From Methanobacteriota archaeon (lineage in GTDB: Archaea; Thermoplasmatota; DTKX01; VGTL01): a stretch of 64,000 bases of DNA. This document shows, piece after piece, positions 62,401 through 64,000 of the stretch. Location: the NCBI GenBank assembly GCA_016874675.1, contig VGTL01000006.1:9009-73008 (forward strand), given 5' to 3'. Under the pieces are notes generated by a model. It was not told the origin of the DNA, searched no databases, and saw nothing but the letters and a program-made list of their open reading frames with translations. The translations under genes and the position numbers were made by a program. Position 1 is the first letter of the stretch; the number at the start of each line of letters is the position of its first letter.

Positions 62401-62582
62401 CCCTGGAGGGCTACACCACCCCCGGAGCCGAGCAGGAGCCGCGCTACTCCCCGCCGGAGAAGCCCAAGGTCTACACCGGCCGGGAGGTCCCGATGCGCAA
62501 TTGCCCCTCCTGCGGAAACGAGGTGAAGATGCGCTTCGTCAAGTGCCCCATCTGCGGGGCGGACCTGCCGCCGGCGCTGTGA
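59469..62582 (+). CDS. Large cell-surface protein (signal peptide, about 850-aa beta-rich ectodomain, TM anchor, cytoplasmic Pro-rich tail, C-terminal zinc ribbon)
   Basis: An N-terminal signal 'ALVLAALLSCAFLPAAGA' is present. The TM segment is 'WTIVLLTLGFVALLVMLLAVLVW'. The tail contains 'PPPPPTPPSSSAPPVAPPVA' and ends in 'CPSCGNEVKMRFVKCPICG'. Confidence 0.6.
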   Translation: MRNAVTTALVLAALLSCAFLPAAGAPQRAANELGDDWARVSNPVFSVSPLHVGDQSVTLGMTLQNLRPGDLDAANGDERMYCVTVEVHGVLDAGGRLLPPSASPVAWTVSRLDNSGNGFTLGRLYEPSSVLAVSGLRLDVKGTALPGRYNVSVNFGYSMMNSQDPLDLTSFNEQEDSIQFEILSNVVVGTPVPLDNQLRTVPLLSGASFQLIGISLRTVSGPLGQVVATLTVPPSGALQLAAPAGTTLSTSLPRLTGTATLHFRVDVPRADQGIYNETNANITLTLQYIRERNWNGSAMSIASGESGLPLVFTVDYTPLVNATDVSPSTFRRGTAVRDLTVTLGNEGNADLMRLKVSLDVSNYFTGGAYYYDGDGNRVPVPLEVEVSSLRRGGSYNAVYPMAVFASLPAGTHRLPVRYSGYFERAGDGSTSSGLYPMSDALFVQLRGELPAIEISVTDTATNLAVTPVAPSRAVLNPDGESEGVCIRLEVSNSESVAFRDASFTLLAGSGTILRDRFSAGAAALQPYRAGRLDPGETLELAFFANLDRAAAPGVHQLTLRFNATGADSNAPVSYETRFPVLVGPFGPALAFSSDPSIALGGQVRNLAVPVEIINSGGATLSGLSARLKCGSPTPLVNPSDASAAWLDARPVGIVGALETVRVVFPADLNPNATARSYDVEISLDGAYQATGERFIQGGTFALRLLPAPARLAVQGQNISPDPPRPGQSFTLTVRVQNVGGDTARGVWVALGAPSARLPGGSPPDLPGSPFSAEVAVKYIGELGPGVEVPVAFNVLSDPAAAGRRLYSEPVVLGFDGPAGTTQYVTVPVAIKLKAAQASSGDTGPDWTIVLLTLGFVALLVMLLAVLVWPPGGRARALRAEPGADGAEPQKEPMDIVVAKPVPPPDRMPELPDLPSPPPMQPTAGGRPGMAEDARRPVQPGELPPPPPPTPPSSSAPPVAPPVADGGKLPPGARPRPGPLEGYTTPGAEQEPRYSPPEKPKVYTGREVPMRNCPSCGNEVKMRFVKCPICGADLPPAL

Positions 62583-62586
62583 CGCT

Positions 62587-62670
62587 CTGCTATTGGATAG
62601 GGGGACGTATCTTCGCAATTGGTTCGGGGGACGTGTTTGTCCAATTGGGTAGGGGGAACGACGGTGGGAA
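62587..62670. repeat. Three tandem copies of the same about 26-bp 'CAATTGG-N3-GGGGGACG' motif, downstream of the surface-protein gene
   Basis: Unit 1 'ctgctattggatagggggacgtat', unit 2 'cttcgcaattggttcgggggacgtgt' and unit 3 'ttgtccaattgggtagggggaacgacgg'. Unit 2 matches the 45408-45433 unit at about 21 of 26 positions. Confidence 0.65.
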
Positions 62671-62671
62671 G

Positions 62672-62692
62672 CGGGAGCCCGTTTTCTTACGC
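62672..62692 (+). terminator. Short stem + TTTTCTTACGC (terminator candidate), motif shared with 28011-28020
   Basis: The sequence 'cgggagcccgttttcttacgc' ends in the same 'tttcttacgc' decamer that follows the palindrome at 27993-28010. Confidence 0.35.
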
Positions 62693-62748
62693 CCCCCGAA
62701 CCAATCGCGTGGCGAAATCCTAAATAGGGGCAATCCGTTGGCACGGCA

Positions 62749-63054
62749 ATGTTCTGCCCGAGGTGCGGGGCGCTCCAGCGCCCGAAGGACGGCCGGCTCT
62801 GCTGCACGCGCTGCGGCTGCGAGTCGGAGATTGGAAAGCAGGACAAGAAGACCGTCACTACCAGGGCCACCCGCAAGGAGGTGGTGGTACTGGACGGCGA
62901 CGTGAACGTCCTTCCCACCACGAGGGAGTGCGAGTGCCCCAAGTGCCAGAACCGGGAGGCCTACTGGATAATCCGCCAGACGCGGGCCGCCGACGAGCCC
63001 GAGACCCGGATCTACGAGTGCACCAAGTGCCACACCCGGTGGAGGGAGTACTGA
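62749..63054 (+). CDS. tfs: Transcription factor S / RNA polymerase subunit M (TFIIS-type zinc ribbon)
   Basis: The N-terminal 'CPRCG...CTRCGC' and the C-terminal 'CPKCQNREAYWIIRQTRAADEPETRIYECTKCHTRW' give the TFIIS C-terminal zinc-ribbon signature. Confidence 0.85.
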   Translation: MFCPRCGALQRPKDGRLCCTRCGCESEIGKQDKKTVTTRATRKEVVVLDGDVNVLPTTRECECPKCQNREAYWIIRQTRAADEPETRIYECTKCHTRWREY

Positions 63055-63057
63055 GGC

Positions 63058-63975
63058 TCAACCGCGGGACGTTCGGCCCGCCCTTCTTCGCCAGACGGCC
63101 CAGGCCACGGTGACAGCCGAGAGGGCGGCGACCAGCGCGGCCGCCTGCGCGCCCGAGAGTGGCGGTGCCCCTCCCGGACCGGAGAGCACCAGGTCCACGG
63201 AGCTGGGGCCGTCGATTTCGACCAGGGCGGCCGCCCCCGAGCCTCCGCTGCGGGCCGTGAAGAGGTAGCGACCGTTCGGGAAGTACGGGACGAAGCCCCG
63301 CCCGTCGGTGATGTTTATCTCCGCGCGGGTGCCGTCGCAGGCGTCCTGCGCCCAGACCCGGGCCGTCGCGGCCCGGGCGCCGTTTCGGTCCACCACGGTG
63401 AGCTGGAGCGGGTTGAACGCCCCGAAGGTCGCCCACGGCCCCGCTATCATGTCCTCGAGGTCGGGCATCGCCATGTCCGGATGGGCGGCCAGATGGTCGG
63501 CGACGATGTAGGGCTCCCCGCAGGAGTGGCCGAAGCGCGCCCAGACCTGCATGCGGGCCGCCATGCTCCGGTTGGTGACCTTGGCGTCCTGGGAGCCGTG
63601 GGGGTAGCCGCGCGTGGTGTTCTCGCCGTGGCCGCACAGGCTCCGGCCGCTGCGGTTTTCGCCGGCGGAGGCGGAGTCGTAATGGTCCCCCAGGAGCCTC
63701 TTTCCGAACTCGACCGTGATGTTGCCCTTCTCCCGCTCGCACAGTTCCTGTATCCGGGTCCACCTGGGCCAGCAGCCGTGGGCGGCGCCCTGGGGCTCGC
63801 CCATCTCGTCGGCCACGGCCGGGTCCCACGGGTAGTTGCAGGAGGGCAGGTAGCCGTCGGAGGTCCGGGCCAGCGCCCAGGTGCGGCCCCCGAGTTCGAG
63901 CACCGCAACCTCGTTGCTCTTTACGTCGCCCAGGAGGTAGTCGGAGCAGTAGGCGCCGTTTGTATCGCGGAGCAT
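63058..63975 (-). CDS. Hypothetical membrane-anchored protein (N-terminus may extend beyond window)
   Basis: A C-terminal TM anchor is followed by an RRRAGR tail. The protein is Cys/Trp-rich and likely extracellular. The window ends 25 nt past the first in-frame start. Confidence 0.4.
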   Translation of the reverse strand: MLRDTNGAYCSDYLLGDVKSNEVAVLELGGRTWALARTSDGYLPSCNYPWDPAVADEMGEPQGAAHGCWPRWTRIQELCEREKGNITVEFGKRLLGDHYDSASAGENRSGRSLCGHGENTTRGYPHGSQDAKVTNRSMAARMQVWARFGHSCGEPYIVADHLAAHPDMAMPDLEDMIAGPWATFGAFNPLQLTVVDRNGARAATARVWAQDACDGTRAEINITDGRGFVPYFPNGRYLFTARSGGSGAAALVEIDGPSSVDLVLSGPGGAPPLSGAQAAALVAALSAVTVAWAVWRRRAGRTSRG

Positions 63976-64000
63976 CTGGTCCTTGAACTCGTCGATCGTC

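Noticed and set aside
63058-63975. Ntn-hydrolase/peptidase-type enzyme call for the last ORF
   Set aside because: 'NGAYCSDYLLGD' faintly recalls Ntn-hydrolase N-termini, but I cannot support a family assignment from memory. It is left as hypothetical.
1-64000. tRNA, rRNA or other structured RNA genes
   Set aside because: All intergenic spaces longer than 80 nt are occupied by promoters or the repeat elements. No cloverleaf-compatible segment with conserved T-loop (GTTCRA) or D-loop features was seen. This was a by-eye scan only; tRNAscan would be definitive.

Overview
This is a high-GC (about 68%) window from an archaeon. Archaeal identity rests on an archaellin with a class-III signal peptide, FlaC/D/E-, FlaF- and FlaG-like genes, ribosomal protein L10e, TFS, archaeosine tRNA-guanine transglycosylase, and TATA-box promoters with several leaderless genes. 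No rRNA, tRNA or CRISPR was detected, and coding density is high.

Content from 5' to 3':
- 1-6864: two giant paralogous Arg/Glu-rich coiled-coil proteins built from a tandem repeat of about 105-109 aa with a 'W-x3-G-[FY]-x-V-x2-L-E-x-A-L-x-G-D' anchor. There are at least 7 copies in the first (5'-truncated) protein and 10 in the second, which also carries a C-terminal zinc ribbon. They sit directly upstream of, and co-oriented with, an atypical archaellum gene set.
- 6879-12627: the archaellum gene set. It comprises a KaiC/RecA-like FlaH-type ATPase with 'GSGRS' in place of the Walker-A lysine, a single archaellin, a FlaC/D/E fusion, FlaF, FlaG and a GT-C membrane glycosyltransferase. No FlaI or FlaJ is present in the window.
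- 12750-16334: succinate dehydrogenase/fumarate reductase genes SdhA and SdhB with a separate HdrB-like CCG-domain subunit.
- 16655-18913: superoxide dismutase and a secreted BNR/sialidase-fold protein.
- 18965-22701: molybdenum-cofactor genes moaA, moaE, moeA and mobB.
- 22744-27990: two paralogous AAA_16/STAND-type ATPase-TPR proteins, the first with an N-terminal wHTH.
- 28015-30622: L10e, an Ig-like surface protein and ftsZ.
- 30975-55978: a large Wood-Ljungdahl supercluster of bacterial, tetrahydrofolate-dependent type. It contains folD, RACo, metF-metV with a polyferredoxin-MvhD fusion, fdhD, cooF, a single 1369-aa polypeptide fusing the CooS/AcsA carbon-monoxide dehydrogenase (CODH) domain to the AcsB acetyl-CoA synthase (ACS) domain, acsD, acsC, acsE, cooC, a NuoE/NuoF-like pair plus Cys-type molybdopterin formate dehydrogenase (an HylABC/FdhF2-like arrangement), DUF3786, a zinc-ribbon protein, fhs, DUF454, cooT and a second cooC.
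- 55973-59402: mobA, a hypothetical protein and arcTGT.
- 59469-63975: a 1037-aa surface protein with a cytoplasmic proline-rich tail and zinc ribbon, TFS, and a membrane-anchored hypothetical.

Superimposed on the genes is a striking family of intergenic hairpin-forming elements. Each is a tandem array of a 7-9-nt purine-rich unit (GGCAGCAAG/GGCAGGAAG, GGGGCAA or GGCGCAA) followed by the array's reverse complement. At least eight occur in the window. Single arms also appear as in-frame insertions inside a glycosyltransferase gene and inside arcTGT. Separately, a 26-bp 'CGCAATTGGTT-N-GGGGGACG' motif is tandemly triplicated at two loci 17 kb apart.

Many long antisense or overlapping ORFs in the track are artefacts of the high GC content and were not called.
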